Both the position numbers and the translations under genes were made by a program. A stretch of DNA of 64,000 nt from Octopus sinensis (Eukaryota). The notes beneath the pieces were generated by a model. The model saw nothing but the letters and a program-made list of their open reading frames with translations, was not told where the DNA came from and ran no database searches. The DNA is taken from the NCBI RefSeq assembly GCF_006345805.1, contig NC_043000.1:17174001-17238000 (forward strand). The letters are read 5' to 3'. Below, piece after piece: positions 1 through 12,873 of the stretch (positions within the stretch are counted from its first letter, which is position 1; each line of letters opens with the position of its first letter).

Positions 1-239
1 ATTCCAGGCCAAAGTTTTGTGATTGATCCAATATTGTTAATGAATCATCAAAGGGAAAGGATGTGAGAATAGGTGGTGCATCGGACAAATGTCTTACAGT
101 ATTAAATTATGTCTCTTTACATTCTGAGTTTAAATCAATCGAGAGCCATAATTGTTTTCATCTTTTCGGAGTCGAGTACTGTGGTCGATATAACGCCTGT
201 AAGGGGTAAAGGCAAGATATAACAATCCACTGCCCCTCT

Positions 240-395
240 TCATGCTTGAAACATTTTAGTGATGTCACTAACTCATTAACGCTGTCACGCTGACCTGACG
301 TAGACTGGGCAGCCTATCAGTTTTAATACTATTTTTGCCAGCTGAGTGGGCTAGAACAGCATGTAGTAAAGTGTCTTGTCAAAGTGTTTCCCTGC
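240..395 (-). mobile_element. Degraded SINE fragment
   Basis: Reverse complement resembles the 'caagacactttactacatgctg...ccactcagctggcaaaaatagt' body of SINE family D; related sequence at ~29250-29520. Confidence 0.45.
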
Positions 396-1233
396 AAGAG
401 AGACTTTTCAACCATTTTGACCAACCGCTTACTTCATAATACAAAAATTAACCTTTTCAGTAACCAAGACAGAATCCACAGAGACGGCTTTGAGCTCACT
501 ACACATCCTTCTATTAGAGTGGAAGCCATCACTCCACCTCTTCTCACCCCTCTTCACTTGTCTTAGTTTTGATACTGGAACCAAGAACCGTATTAGGCAA
601 TTAAATACGGGGGTGGTAGTGACGACTAAAGGTTCGTAGCCAATTATAGACATGAAAAACGTTCATGAATTTTCACTTGCTGATGTCATAAAATCTTCAG
701 TATAAATTCAGTCAAGGTTAGCTATTCTGGCAGAAAATTTTCGCAAATTCAATTAACCATTTCAGTTCAAAAAGCCTTTCCAATGTCAATAATCAGTGTC
801 TTCTTTTACATGTATTGCATTGCTCTACACAATTTATATATATATAAAAAAAAAGAAATTGCTTTTGAAAGCCTCAATATATTACGCTAAGATTCAACTA
901 AACAAAGCTATTACTTCGGACTATTTGAAAATCAATTTAAGGATCAGTTCTATCAACGCATTCATTCATTGAAAAGTTCGGATAACATATTTTCGAAAAG
1001 ACATCCAAACATATTTGGTTTTTCAAAGAAACAAATTCGATTACATTTTTGTATGTACAAGGCAGAATTCGCTCAACTTGTGGTGCAAACTGTTCTTACG
1101 TGAGCAGTTATTCATCTTACTTACAGAATGTGTAGTCATCCTGTCAGATACTGAATTCTGTTTTATCGCGTGAATTGCTGTGATCATCCAGTCGGAAGTT
1201 TTCTCCTTCCTTCTCCCTCACCATATTATGTAT

Positions 1234-1289
<56 letters not shown>

Positions 1290-1794
1290 ATTTTGATGGG
1301 ACTTCAAGTTTTTCGCGTTATCAGCTCACTCAACCATCTGGTTAGACAAGCCAATATGGCGAAACTTGAAGTTCCGGTCAACTGAAAATGATGAATACTG
1401 TAATTCCACTAAGTGGATAGGGACTCGCCATCAGTAAATGTACAGTTGTTTTCTATAAATTGATCAACAATACCAAATAATATATTCATATATATATACA
1501 CGTACGTAGAAGCCTACACACAAGCATGCAGGCACACGCGCGCGCACATACAGACACACGTCGATATATTCATATCTATTTATCAACCTGTCTATCTATC
1601 TATCTATCTATCATGTTTTTGCACTTTTTTTGAAAAATTATTGATGTAAAATCGTGTGACCCTGTTGACTAACAATAAAATGAAACCAAACAGAACCAAC
1701 GTGTGTACTTTTATTGACAAAATGACTCTCTCAAGGTGCAACTCACGCATGCGCGCTCAGTTTGTGCGCGCACAGTCTGTATGCGCGCGCGCAG

Positions 1795-1832
<38 letters not shown>

Positions 1833-2093
1833 TTGGCTGTGATTTTTAATTATAAAACGCAGAGCTTTGTCTACCGCTATTAAATTAAATCATGTTCAGA
1901 TAGATTTACGTGTACATGTGTGTATGTGTGTGCGTATGTGACTGTGTATATGTGTGAGTGTATGTGTGTATATGTATGTATATGTGTGTCTACGTTTCTT
2001 TCAATCTATCTATCTAATATACATAGTTAGATACAGAATGTGAAACAGAGAGAGAGAGAGAGACAAAATTAGAGATAGAACATATTTATTCAT

Positions 2094-2255
2094 ATAGGAG
2101 TGGCTGTGTGGTAAGTAGCTTGCTTACCAACCACATGGTTCCGGGTTCAGTCCCACTGCGTGGCATCTTGGGCAAGTGTCTTCTGCTATAGCCTTGGGCC
2201 GACCAATGCCTTGTGAGTGGATTTAGTAGACGAAAACTGAAAGAAGCCTGTCGTA

Positions 2256-2296
<41 letters not shown>

Positions 2297-2525
2297 ATGT
2301 GTGTGTATATGTCTGTGTGTCTGTGTTTGTCACCTTAGCATTGCTTGACAACCGATGCTGGTGTGTTTATGTCCCCGTTACTTAGCGGTTCGGCAAAAGA
2401 GACCGATAGAATAAGTACTGGGCTTACAAAGAATAAGTCCCGGGGTCGATTTGCTCGACTGGGGGCAGTGCTCCAGCATGGCCGCAGTCAAATGACTGAA
2501 ACTAGTAAAAAAATAAAAGTAAAAG
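2094..2525 (+). mobile_element. tRNA-derived SINE family A, full length
   Basis: A/B-box-like head (gtggctgtgtggtaag...ggttccgggttcagtccc), body ending gaaagaagcctgtcg, central (TA)/(TG) tract, 3' half ending aaatgactgaaac..taaaa; about 15 copies or halves in the window. Confidence 0.85.
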
Positions 2526-2864
2526 TATATATATATCAGAGAGAGTGTGGGGAGACAGAAAAAGAGGGACAGGGAGGAAAAGAGAGGGAGACAGAAGTGG
2601 AGAGGGAATGGGGAGAACGACTGAGTGAAAGATACAGAAAGAGAAATGCACAGAGAAAGAATGAAAGAGAGGTAGACTGGGACAGAATGGGAATACAGAG
2701 AGGGAGATAGAAAAAAAAGGTTGGAAAAGAATGAGAGAGAAGCAAGGAGAGTATTTCTTTATTCACCATAAGGTTGAGAAAAAGAGGGGACAAAACAAAC
2801 GTTGGGGTCAGGGTATCGAATGAGACGAAACATATGAATAAACAAACAATTAAAATATATACAA

Positions 2865-3262
2865 CTAGCAGTATCGCCCGGCGTTGCTCGGGTTTGTAAG
2901 GGAAATAACTATATAAGCATTTTTAGAGAGTTATAGCCAAAAAATAGCAAAAAAAATGCATCAAAAATGGAAAAAAATGATGCTAATTTTTTTTTTAAAT
3001 CGGTGACTCATAGTAGACATTTTTAGAGAGTTACTTCCCTTATATAATAGCGAAAAAATGCATTAAAATGGAAAAAAATTATGGTAATTTTTTTTTTAAA
3101 TCGTAGACTCATCGTAGACGCGCGCTAATACCCAGAAGGGCTTGATACGAATCACGACTATAAGACACCCGGTTTTGGTTAAACTGCATCGCAAAATGTG
3201 GGAGTAGTTAGGAATCTAAATCGTAGGAGACAGACACACAACTTCACTTTTATATATAAAGA
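2865..3262 (-). mobile_element. Non-autonomous Helitron-like element
   Basis: Minus strand starts TC(tttatatataaaag), ends with hairpin cccgagcaacgccggg then CTAG, between A and T, no TSD; near-identical copies at 31795, 56001, 57235. Confidence 0.75.
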
Positions 3263-3523
3263 TTAAATGAGAATGAGTGATTAACAAAAACTGAAGCGGA
3301 GGACGTAGTTGACCCCACAAACCACACAACTCACACTGAAGACTTTGCTTTCTCCTTTTCTACATTCCCGATTAAACAGGTTCTTTCACTCGCAACATAC
3401 TTGCTATAGAGAAGCAAGGAGAGAGAGGGAGCAAAATAGAGGCAGCGTTAGAGTTACACGTTTACACAAGAGTGCAAAGAGAAAGTGAAAGTAAAGTTTG
3501 ATGCAGTTACAGAGAGAGAGAGT

Positions 3524-3563
<40 letters not shown>

Positions 3564-3756
3564 ATGTGATAAGTGGAATAATATAGAATGGGAAAGACAA
3601 ATGCTGTTTCCATGTATTTCTGTGCAAACGTATTTGCATTATTAATGTGGCCGAAAATGGGTATCCTATTCAGGTGTTATGAAGCGTGTTAGGGGGAGTA
3701 GTGTTATTTTTAGTCCATCGACTTGTTATATCAGTGTGTGGTTATTTTATTAACAG

Positions 3757-3799
<43 letters not shown>

Positions 3800-4103
3800 C
3801 TATCTCTTCCTCTTCTCTCTCTTTCTGGTCTCTGTATAATAGTTGCGCTACACTTATGAATCAAAATGGTCCGCTTCGGTGCTCTCGGGATTTGCTAAAT
3901 ATAAACGTTTAAATTACAAAGAAGCAAATAAAAACAAAGGAACGTTGTTAGGACGCTAGGCTACGCTTGAAATCAAGTGGTCCTTAAAGGACACTGTGAA
4001 TGTGTGTGTGTCTGTGTGTGTGTGTGCGTGCGAGTGCGTGCACATGTCTGTGTATGCATGCGTGTATATATGTACGTATGGCATACACATGCATGCATTT
4101 GTT

Positions 4104-4464
4104 GTATGTATGTATGTATGTATGTATGTATGTATGTATGTATGTATGCATGTAAGTATGTATGCATGTAAGTATGTATGTATGTTTGTATGTATGCATG
4201 TATATATGCATGTATGTATGTATGTATGTATGTATGCATGTATGTATGTATGCATGTAAGTATGTATGCATGTAAGTATGTATGTATGTTTGTATGTATG
4301 CATGTATATATGCATGTATGTATGTATGTATGTATGTATGTATGCATGCATGTATGTATGTATGTATATTTGTATGTATGTATGTATGTATGTATGTATG
4401 TATGTATGTATGCATGTATGTATGTATGTATGTATGTATGTATGTATGCATGTATGTATGTATG

Positions 4465-4495
<31 letters not shown>

Positions 4496-4855
4496 GTATG
4501 TATGTATGTATGTATGCATGTAAGTATGTATGTATGTTTGTATGTATGCATGTATATATGCATGTATGTATGTATGTATGTATGTATGCATGTATGCATG
4601 TATGTATGCATGTATGTATGCATGTATGCATGTATGTATGTATGTATGTATGTATGTATGCATGTATGTATGCATGTATGCATGTATGTATGTATGTATG
4701 TATGTATGTATGTATGTATGAATGTATGTATGTATGTATGTATGCATGTATGCATGTATGTATGTATGCATGTATGTATGCATGTATGCATGTATGTATG
4801 AATGTATGTATGCATGCATGCATGCATGTATGTATGCATGTATGTATGTATGTAT
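4104..4855. repeat. (TATG)n compound microsatellite
   Basis: Direct reading; source of the YVCM/HTYI pseudo-ORFs. Confidence 0.95.
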
Positions 4856-5409
4856 CAAAATATACTCAAACAGCAGATAATTCAAGAGAAAACAGGCTCG
4901 GATCAGCAGCTGAATGACTGGAAACGTGAAACTCGGAGTACTGGAAATTATGGTTCCTTTCAGTTATAATGTAGTAAAGAATACTCTACATTTACGTATT
5001 GAGTTCTGTAACTTATCGTTTCTCGGTGAATCAACACACACACACACACAAACACACTCGCGTGTGCGCGCATACACCCGAGCATACATGCATGTATATT
5101 TACTTGAAAGTTGTCATATTGTAGAAGTAGAATATGTCCTATTTTTAACCTAAAGTTGAAAGTAAAAGCTGTCCTATAATAACCTTTAATGTGAAAGTGA
5201 AAGTTGCCCTAATGTAGTTCTAATGTTCAAGAGAGATTTCTTAAAGCAGACATAGGACGTATTACAATGTTGCCCTAAAGCCAAGTGAATTAACAGTTGT
5301 CTTGATATAGTCGTAACTTTTAAATAAAGTTGTCCTTATGCTGAAGTGGAAGCAGTTTAGAACTTACATGTTACGATGTCAGTTGTTACCATTGAGATAT
5401 TTATGCAAA

Positions 5410-5590
5410 ATAGGCGCATAAGTGGCTGTGTGGTAAGTAGCCTGTTTACCAACCACATGGTTCCGGGTTCAGTCCCACTGCGTGGCACCTTAGGCAAGTG
5501 TCTTCTACTATAGCCTCGGGCCGACCAAAGCCTTGTGAGTGGATTTGGTAGACGGAAACTGAAAGAAGCCCGTCGTATATATGTATATAT
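5410..5590 (+). mobile_element. SINE family A, 5' half (3' half at 6418-6612)
   Basis: Head and body match 2094 copy; split from its 3' half by the 5594-6353 insertion. Confidence 0.8.
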
Positions 5591-5593
5591 ATA

Positions 5594-6353
5594 TAGAATA
5601 AAACTTATATATAAAGGACGTTAAATTCACGAATTGACAAACACGGAAAAACGGACAGTAATTCAGAGCCTTCATTCTTCAGTCAGACACCGATTCATCA
5701 TGGCAAATTTCGGCTGTTTAATTCTGAGATTTGCTCCGAAAAGGCCAGCCCCAAGGCAAAAGCTAAGCTATGGGCATTAGATTTGCTTGGTAGAAGGAAA
5801 GAATGTGACAACAGAGACGAACAGGAAAACAAGAGACGAAGATAAAATTTACAGTAACGAATAAAAACAGGAATGATACGGGGGCGTCCATACTACTTTG
5901 AGACAAATGAGACAAAACAATTGATCAGCAGCATGGGAAGTGGTTACCTTTTCGGTAGAGAAGACGTGTTGTACGAACCAGTGCCAGCAGTGGAATGGCT
6001 TAGCAGTAGTAGGTTTGCAAGAAGGTGAGAGAGAAAGAAAGAGGGGGGATTGAGGAGGGCCGAGAAATGACCAAGAGAGAGAGAGAGAAAGAAAGAATTA
6101 AAGAGGGTGAGAGGAAGGGGCGCCAAAATAGCTTGGTAAAGAGGCGCCAAAATTCCTTGAGGAAGAAGCAATGGTGGATGATGAAGGGAAGTTTAAAGTA
6201 GAAGACATCGTGCAATAGTGGAGATATGACAAACATAAATGGATTGGTGCACGTGCGCTGCGATAATATAGAATAAAACTTATATATAAAGGACGTGAAA
6301 TTCACGAATTGACAAACACGGAAAAACGGACAGTAATTCAGAGCCTTCATTCT
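5594..6353 (-). mobile_element. Element with ~85-bp terminal direct repeats, probably non-autonomous Penelope-like
   Basis: atagaataaaacttatatataaaggacg...gagccttcattct at ~5594-5677 and ~6268-6353; lies in the (TA)n of a SINE. Confidence 0.5.
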
Positions 6354-6417
6354 CATATATATATAATATATATATATATATATAGATATTATATATATTA
6401 TATATATGTGCGTGTGT

Positions 6418-6612
6418 GTGTTTGTGTGTCTGTGTTGTCCCCCTAGCATTGCTTGACAACCGATGCTTATGTCCCCGTTACTTAGCGGTTCGGCAAAAGA
6501 GACCGATAAGTACTGGGTTTACAAAGAAGAAGTCCGTAGTGGTGGAGTTGCTCGACTAAAGGCGGTGCTCCAGCATGGCCGCAGTCAAATGACTGAAACA
6601 AGTTAAAAGAGT
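6418..6612 (+). mobile_element. SINE family A, 3' half
   Basis: tgtccccctagcattgcttgacaaccgatg...aaatgactgaaacaagt. Confidence 0.8.
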
Positions 6613-6699
6613 AGACCTTACTCCGAGGTTAATCCTTTGAACTATGTATTTTAATTTTGAAAAATTAAATGGTACTTGAGCTGAGGGAAAAGAAACAGT

Positions 6700-7010
6700 T
6701 ATTGCTGAAAAGGATCAAGGATTCTCTCCAGGTTGTGCAGCTACTTCTCAGCATTGAGAGATCACAGCTCCAGTACTACGGACATGTAATTAGAATGTCA
6801 AAAGAAAGAACCACAAGCCAACCAGCAGGAGATCTAGGGGTAGACCAAGAACGAGATGGTTGAACTTGGACATCTTCCATAGTCCCAGTTGTTCACATTT
6901 GAGAATCCAGCCGGAAAGAGTAACGATGGCTGTTTTTGATAGAACCCTATGGAGATGGTGACTAAGGATGCTACTCCTATGACCCTCTCAGGAGTAGTGG
7001 ATGGAGAAAA
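6700..7010 (+). pseudogene. RTE-like LINE 3' remnant
   Basis: QLQYYGHVIRMSKER followed by frameshifted GRPRTRW, typical post-RT motifs. Confidence 0.55.
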
Positions 7011-7875
7011 TTACTGGGTGGGCGAAATGGATATTGTTGAAAGAATAACGAAAGGAATCATCTAGATAAGAAGAATGATATCGTTATAGAAGAATAAGAA
7101 GAGGGAGGTTTATATGTAATTAGAAAAGACAACGAAAGAAGATATATCTTGAGAGTATATATGGACGTTCGTCCTCTATAAAAAGACTTCGTTCGAGAAG
7201 CAACATCTGGGGAAAAAAATCACCGAAGCTTGAGCTAAGCTCACTAATCTTTGAGTTAAACATTCAGGCAAGTTGAAGTCAGTCCTACGCTGGTAGCTAG
7301 CATACTACTTGTGAATTTTAACACCGCTGATGTTTGCAAAGTCGAATCGTGTCTGAATGTTGATACTTAGTTAGTTACAGGCGTTTGAAAGTCAAGATTC
7401 GTTGACAGGATGTGCTCTCTTACTCGCCTCAATCTTCGGGTGGTACCGACTTGAAGAAGATTTAGCAGCTATATTTAGCAGATTGAGTTACGGTAGAGAA
7501 GTTTCCTCGTTGGTTTGGGGAACAAGGATACTACCGAGCTAGGTCAACATTCCAAAATTGATCTTAGAGAGGATACATAAAGTTGTTTTAGGAAATGAGA
7601 AACGGTTATCTGTCAAAGGTTCAAAGGTCACGCGTAAATTTTGACAAGTCTTCAAGAAAGAAAAAAAAAAAAAGAAGTCAGGGGAAAAAAAAACAAACAT
7701 GTTCGGTGTTGAAAATGTTTAAATATCTTTCGAGATACACTTTTTCTTTCTCAAGCGCACGCATGTGGAAGTGGATGTATACGTACATACAAACATGTGT
7801 AACAAATACATGCACACCACACACACACACACACACACATGCATATATACACGTATTCACACATATAACGCAGGC

Positions 7876-7931
<56 letters not shown>

Positions 7932-8112
7932 CATCATCATCATGTGATCATGTGACCGACCAGACCATCAGAAGTTGTTACACATCGCTGGTCACAATGC
8001 GTTCGCATTGTTTTATCCTTCGAATGACGCACCCCCGCTGGCCTATATATAATATATATATATATCATGATGGTGATGATGATGATGATATATATATATA
8101 TATATATATATG

Positions 8113-8156
<44 letters not shown>

Positions 8157-8627
8157 ATACACACAAACACTATATAGATAGAAAATAAATGATATTGAAG
8201 AGAGAGAGAGGAGAGAGAGGAGAGAGAGAGAGAGGGGGGAGATAAAAAGAGAGAGTTCTGCAATGGAGTGAATGACTTTGTCTCAAAGTTCTCCCAAACT
8301 CAATGGCTCAGAAGGTTAACACAGGACAGTAACGGAATGTAGAGGACATGGCACTACAATGACATTCTGTAGAGTATCGAGCGTATGGGGAAACGTTACT
8401 AATACAGTGCAAGAAATGCGAAAGACATTGCAGAACATAAAAGTACATGAGCCAAAGGTCCCCAAACATCGGGCCGCGGAACATTTGGGACCAGATTAAA
8501 CAGAAAGAAAAATTTAAAATTTCATTTCTATTTTATTGACTATCGTTGTCTGCAGACTCTTTTATACTATACATGTATATATATATATACTAATATATAT
8601 ATATATATATATATATATCTATATATA

Positions 8628-8665
<38 letters not shown>

Positions 8666-8986
8666 TTATAGAAGGAGCTTCTACGGACTAGAACTGTTTT
8701 CATTCAGATGAAATCTTCAGGAAGCTGGCTGTCAAAATAAGGTCTGGTATTTATACATTTAGGCAGATTTAATGGGGTGGGTGGTGGTGGGGGACGTTTT
8801 TTGGGTTGGTACTGTTTCCTTGGTGGGATAGGAATGTTCTTCAGGGAAGTGTTGATGTCGATTCTTGTCAGCATTATTTCTTGGAGATGGTTATAAGGGC
8901 ACTAGGGTGTGCTAGGATATGTAGGTCCCGGGTTGAGTCGGGGTTAACCACCTTATTTACTGTGGGTAACCCCGACTCAACCGGGA

Positions 8987-8994
<8 letters not shown>
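8666..8994 (-). mobile_element. Penelope/retrozyme-like mini-element with terminal fold-back, in (TA)n
   Basis: Same family as 57548-57738; inverted repeat ~8918-8950/8961-8994; TATAAATA on minus strand at 8748-8755. Confidence 0.65.
8676..8726 (-). ncRNA. Type I hammerhead motif, degenerate copy
   Basis: AGCTTC-CTGAAGA-tTTCatctGAAt-GAAA(A)C...GTA^GAAGCT; 6-bp stem I; stem III disrupted by 1-nt indels relative to 57673 copy. Confidence 0.5.
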
Positions 8995-9025
<31 letters not shown>

Positions 9026-9848
9026 ATATATAAAATTCTATAAACTATTATTATACTATTACATGTATCTATATAAAATATATATCACGAGGGGACACTG
9101 GGAAGTTCCTGACTTTGGGCAAAAGAAATTACAGGAAGATCCGTTAATTATGATTTTATTTAATATATTCCATTCTCAGGTTCATACGTTTATTGCAGCG
9201 GTCCTTCAGTTTTTCTAAACCCTGTAAAAGAACTCGGAAGGTTGGGTCTCTAGCCGGGCCTTTTGCGATACACCTAAAGTTGGGAACCTTTTAGCAGCCC
9301 CCTCGTATGCCCTTCAATGTGTTTTGTTGTGCACATGATCTCCTGGCCTGTGGAAAAATTGTGTTGCATGGATCCGGTTCGTGGTGCAATATACATTGAG
9401 GACCGCTACCCTTGGCCAACGAGGGAACCTTAATGTGGACGCACAATTTGACAGAAATAGCAATCAAATCAACATCAAATTACACCTCGAAAACTTAAAT
9501 GAAGAGGACAAGAAACATTGGATGACACATAGGGTAATCTTACCCCAGGCAGATAGCCCTTATAATACGGGTGGTCGGTCACTGCTGGAACCTATTTGGC
9601 TATGTGCTTGCTCATTTAGAAATGATCTCGGTCCAGAAAACAAAACAAAACAACAACAGCAGCAGCAGCAGTAGCAGCAGCAGCAACAGCCTAAAGAAGT
9701 GTACACTTGGAAACAATTTTTCTTCTTCACACTAAACTGACTGCAGGACCGTCCTGTACCAAAGTTACAGCAACTATCAAAAACTTTTATTGGTTTATGC
9801 ATTCTCAATACAACTTTATTATTTCTTTGAATGTGCGTGCGTGTATGC

Positions 9849-9944
9849 TTGTATGTATGTATGTATGTATGTATGTATGTATGTATGTATGTATGTATGT
9901 ATGTATGTATGTATGCATGCATGCATGCATGCATGCATGCATGC

Positions 9945-9975
<31 letters not shown>

Positions 9976-9980
9976 TGTAT
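9849..9980. repeat. (TATG)n microsatellite
   Basis: Direct reading. Confidence 0.9.
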
Positions 9981-10493
9981 AATTACATATCAGGTATGTA
10001 TCGAAATATGTATGGGAATTTTTAAGTAGAAGTATGTAAAGGAATTTGTATATATTGGAGCATGCACGTATAGTTATGTACATGCATAGCTATTGTTGTT
10101 TAGTCACTGATCCAGGACACCTAACAGCAAAAATATCCCAGCCGTGACCACCCATTCTATACACCTGCACAATATACTCTGGAAGAAATTATCCATTTCT
10201 AATCAGGGAAGGTGTACTTTGAGGGAGCTGCTATTTTTAGCAGGTGTAGTTCCTCCAAAAGTGGACCCCCTAGTTGACTGGTGTGTTTGGGTAGTGAAGT
10301 GTATATATATATATATAGTTATGTGATGTGTATATTTGTAGTGATGTGTGTATTGCTACATGTAAGTGTAATTGTGCACATATATATCATGTATACGTGT
10401 GCCTGTATATGAATGTGTATGTACAGATATATCTATGTGCATATAGGTAAGGTTTAACTGTATGCATGAATATACAGGTATTATAGATATGTA

Positions 10494-10534
<41 letters not shown>

Positions 10535-10785
10535 TTCCTTCTGTATGCATGTGTATCTGTGTGTTTGTGTGCATGTATGTGTGTACGCAGCTATATGCAT
10601 ATATCTGTGTGTGTGTGTGTGTATACGCACACACACATACTTTCAAATACCTATATATGTATGCATGTATATGCATATGTATATACATATATGCATATGT
10701 GTATAGCTATGTGTTTATTTATACATGTATACACACACATATAGGTGTGTGTATGCATGTATATATATATGTATAAACATGCATA

Positions 10786-10818
<33 letters not shown>

Positions 10819-10967
10819 CACACATACATATATGCATACTACATTATGTATACCATACATATATGTATATCATATATGGTGGATCAGAGACTAAACAACG
10901 TGCATAATATAATATATATATTATATATATATATATATATATTATATACATACACATACATATATGC

Positions 10968-11052
<85 letters not shown>

Positions 11053-11774
11053 ATAATATATGTTATACATACATTACATAAATACATAACATACATAACA
11101 CACACACATATATTGTATGTATGTATGTATGTATGTATGTATGTATGTATGTATATATATATATATATTAGTTATGTATCTATAAAATAAATACCGATGC
11201 AGTCTTCTTACCTCATTTGTGTCCATCCTGGGTGTTTTGAAGCGATGTTTCACAAATTAGCGGATCCTTTGGGACGGCAGGAAGGCGTTTATAGTAAAAA
11301 CGGTACGGTGAGGCACCCGGAATGCAATTTTTTTTTTTTTTTTTTTAGCAGCTTCAGCGCTCTGCTAACTATCTCGGGTACATACACCACCTGACGGAAG
11401 CTAGCAAACAGTGGCAAGGGGCGGTAAATGTGGTCGACGAAACTGGCCTGGCGGTGTCGCCGCTGGCTGGTTGGTGGGTTCGGGGGTTACTGGTTGTGTG
11501 TTGTGGTTGTAGGGGCTACGGCGGCGGCGGTGGTGGAGCAGTGGTCACCGTTGTTGATGTTGCTTTCGGTGATGGTGTGAGTTGCCAGTAGTGGCTACTG
11601 CAGCTAATGTTGCTTTTAATGGTACTGGTGGTGGTGGTGGTGGGTGGTGGTGTTGCTACTGGTGTTGTTGGTCGGGGTATTAGTGGGGTGGTAAGCATGG
11701 TGGAATTTCTTATAGTAAGACGGTAGCAGAGGCGCGTGTTGTTTTTGTTGTTGCTACTGTTCAACAGCAGGTTA

Positions 11775-11975
11775 ACTCTGATCAAGCAGGAGCACGATCA
11801 AAGGCATGCCATCCGTGACCTTCCTCTCTCTTTTTCCTGAGCGCTTGGAACCCAGGACCGACCACATATTTCTATGTGACCTTTACTAAAACCAGAGGAT
11901 GTGATTTGAGGAATTTCAGCTGTTATTTCTAGTCCATACAGCTACCACGTAGAGGCTCCCTCTTGGCTCATAGAG
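11775..11975 (+). repeat. Unclassified interspersed repeat (family X)
   Basis: atgatcaaaggcat.ccatccgtgacc...gctgttatttctag; related pieces at ~10085-10290, 13310-13500, 13566-13625, 60536-60700 (+) and 56640-56812 (-). Confidence 0.55.
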
Positions 11976-11994
11976 GTGCTTGTTGCTATTGTTG

Positions 11995-12545
11995 TTAACG
12001 TTGGTGGTGGTGCTGGTAGTGGTGGTAGTGGTGGGGGAGTAGTGATGGTGGTGGTGGTGGTAGTGTTAGTGGTGGTAGTAGTGAAGGTAGTGATGGTGGT
12101 GGTGGTAGTGATGGTGAAAGTAGTGGTAGTGTTGGTGTTGGTTGTGGTGGTGATAGTAGTATTAGTGGTGGCGGTGGTAGTAGTGGTGGTAGTGGTTGCT
12201 AGTAGTGGTCGTGTCAGGGGCGTTAGTGGTGTTAGTGGTGGTATTGATAGTGGTGGTGGTAGTAGTGGCAGTGGTGGTGGTGTTGGTTGTGGTGGTGTTG
12301 GTTGTGGTGGTGATGGTAGTGTTAGTGGTGGTGGTGGTGGTGGTAGTGGTGTAAGTAGTGATAGTGGTGGTGGTGGTGGTGATAGTGGTGGTGGTGGTGG
12401 TAGTGATGGTGGTAGTAGTGGCAGTGGTGATGGTGTTGGTTGTGGTGGTGTTGGTAGTGTTAGTGGTGATGGTGGTGGTGGTGGTGGTTGCTAGTAGTGG
12501 TCGTGTCAGGGGCGTTAGTGGTGGTGGCGGCAGTAGTGGTGATGG
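11995..12545. repeat. (GGT/AGT)n degenerate trinucleotide array
   Basis: Direct reading; internal duplicated block at 12196 and 12488. Confidence 0.9.
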
Positions 12546-12873
12546 TATTAGCTCAGCAAGTGGTCACCATTGTAGAGACAGTCTACTATTGTTTGGACAG
12601 TAGTGGTAAAAGGTGTGGTGGGAGATGGGACTGGAGTTTCAGTCAATTGTAATTGTGTTGGCGGCGGTGGTGGTGGTGGTGATGGTGGTGGTGGTGGTGG
12701 TGGTGGTGGTGGTGATGGCGGTGGTGGTAGTATTGGCTACAGTAGAGGCACGTTAATTGCTGCTGGTCGTGCTGGTGGTTGAAGCGTAGCCCTGTATGTG
12801 GGAGGCGATACAGTGCTAGTATGGTTTCAGTGAGGGGTGGGCACGGTGGTGGATGTGATAGTGAAAACAACAT

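Noticed and set aside
1124-1224. Minus-strand ATG...GTAAGT first-exon candidate
   Set aside because: In-frame stop before the donor; no supporting downstream exon.
1740-1860. Promoter-like cluster (CGCATGCGC, ATTGG, TATAAAA)
   Set aside because: Embedded in (GC)/(TG) repeats; short motifs expected by chance; no transcript evidence.
3956-4917. Long ORFs (up to 309 aa) of HTYI/YVCM repeats, likewise at 9560-11190, 25312-26062, 34590-35151, 45541-46762, 47030-47554, 63250-63905
   Set aside because: Translations of (TACA)n/(TA)n microsatellites, which lack stops in several frames; not genes.
9381-9790. 97-aa ORF followed by poly-Q
   Set aside because: No recognisable domain; the CAG run contains a stop and the frame shifts afterwards.
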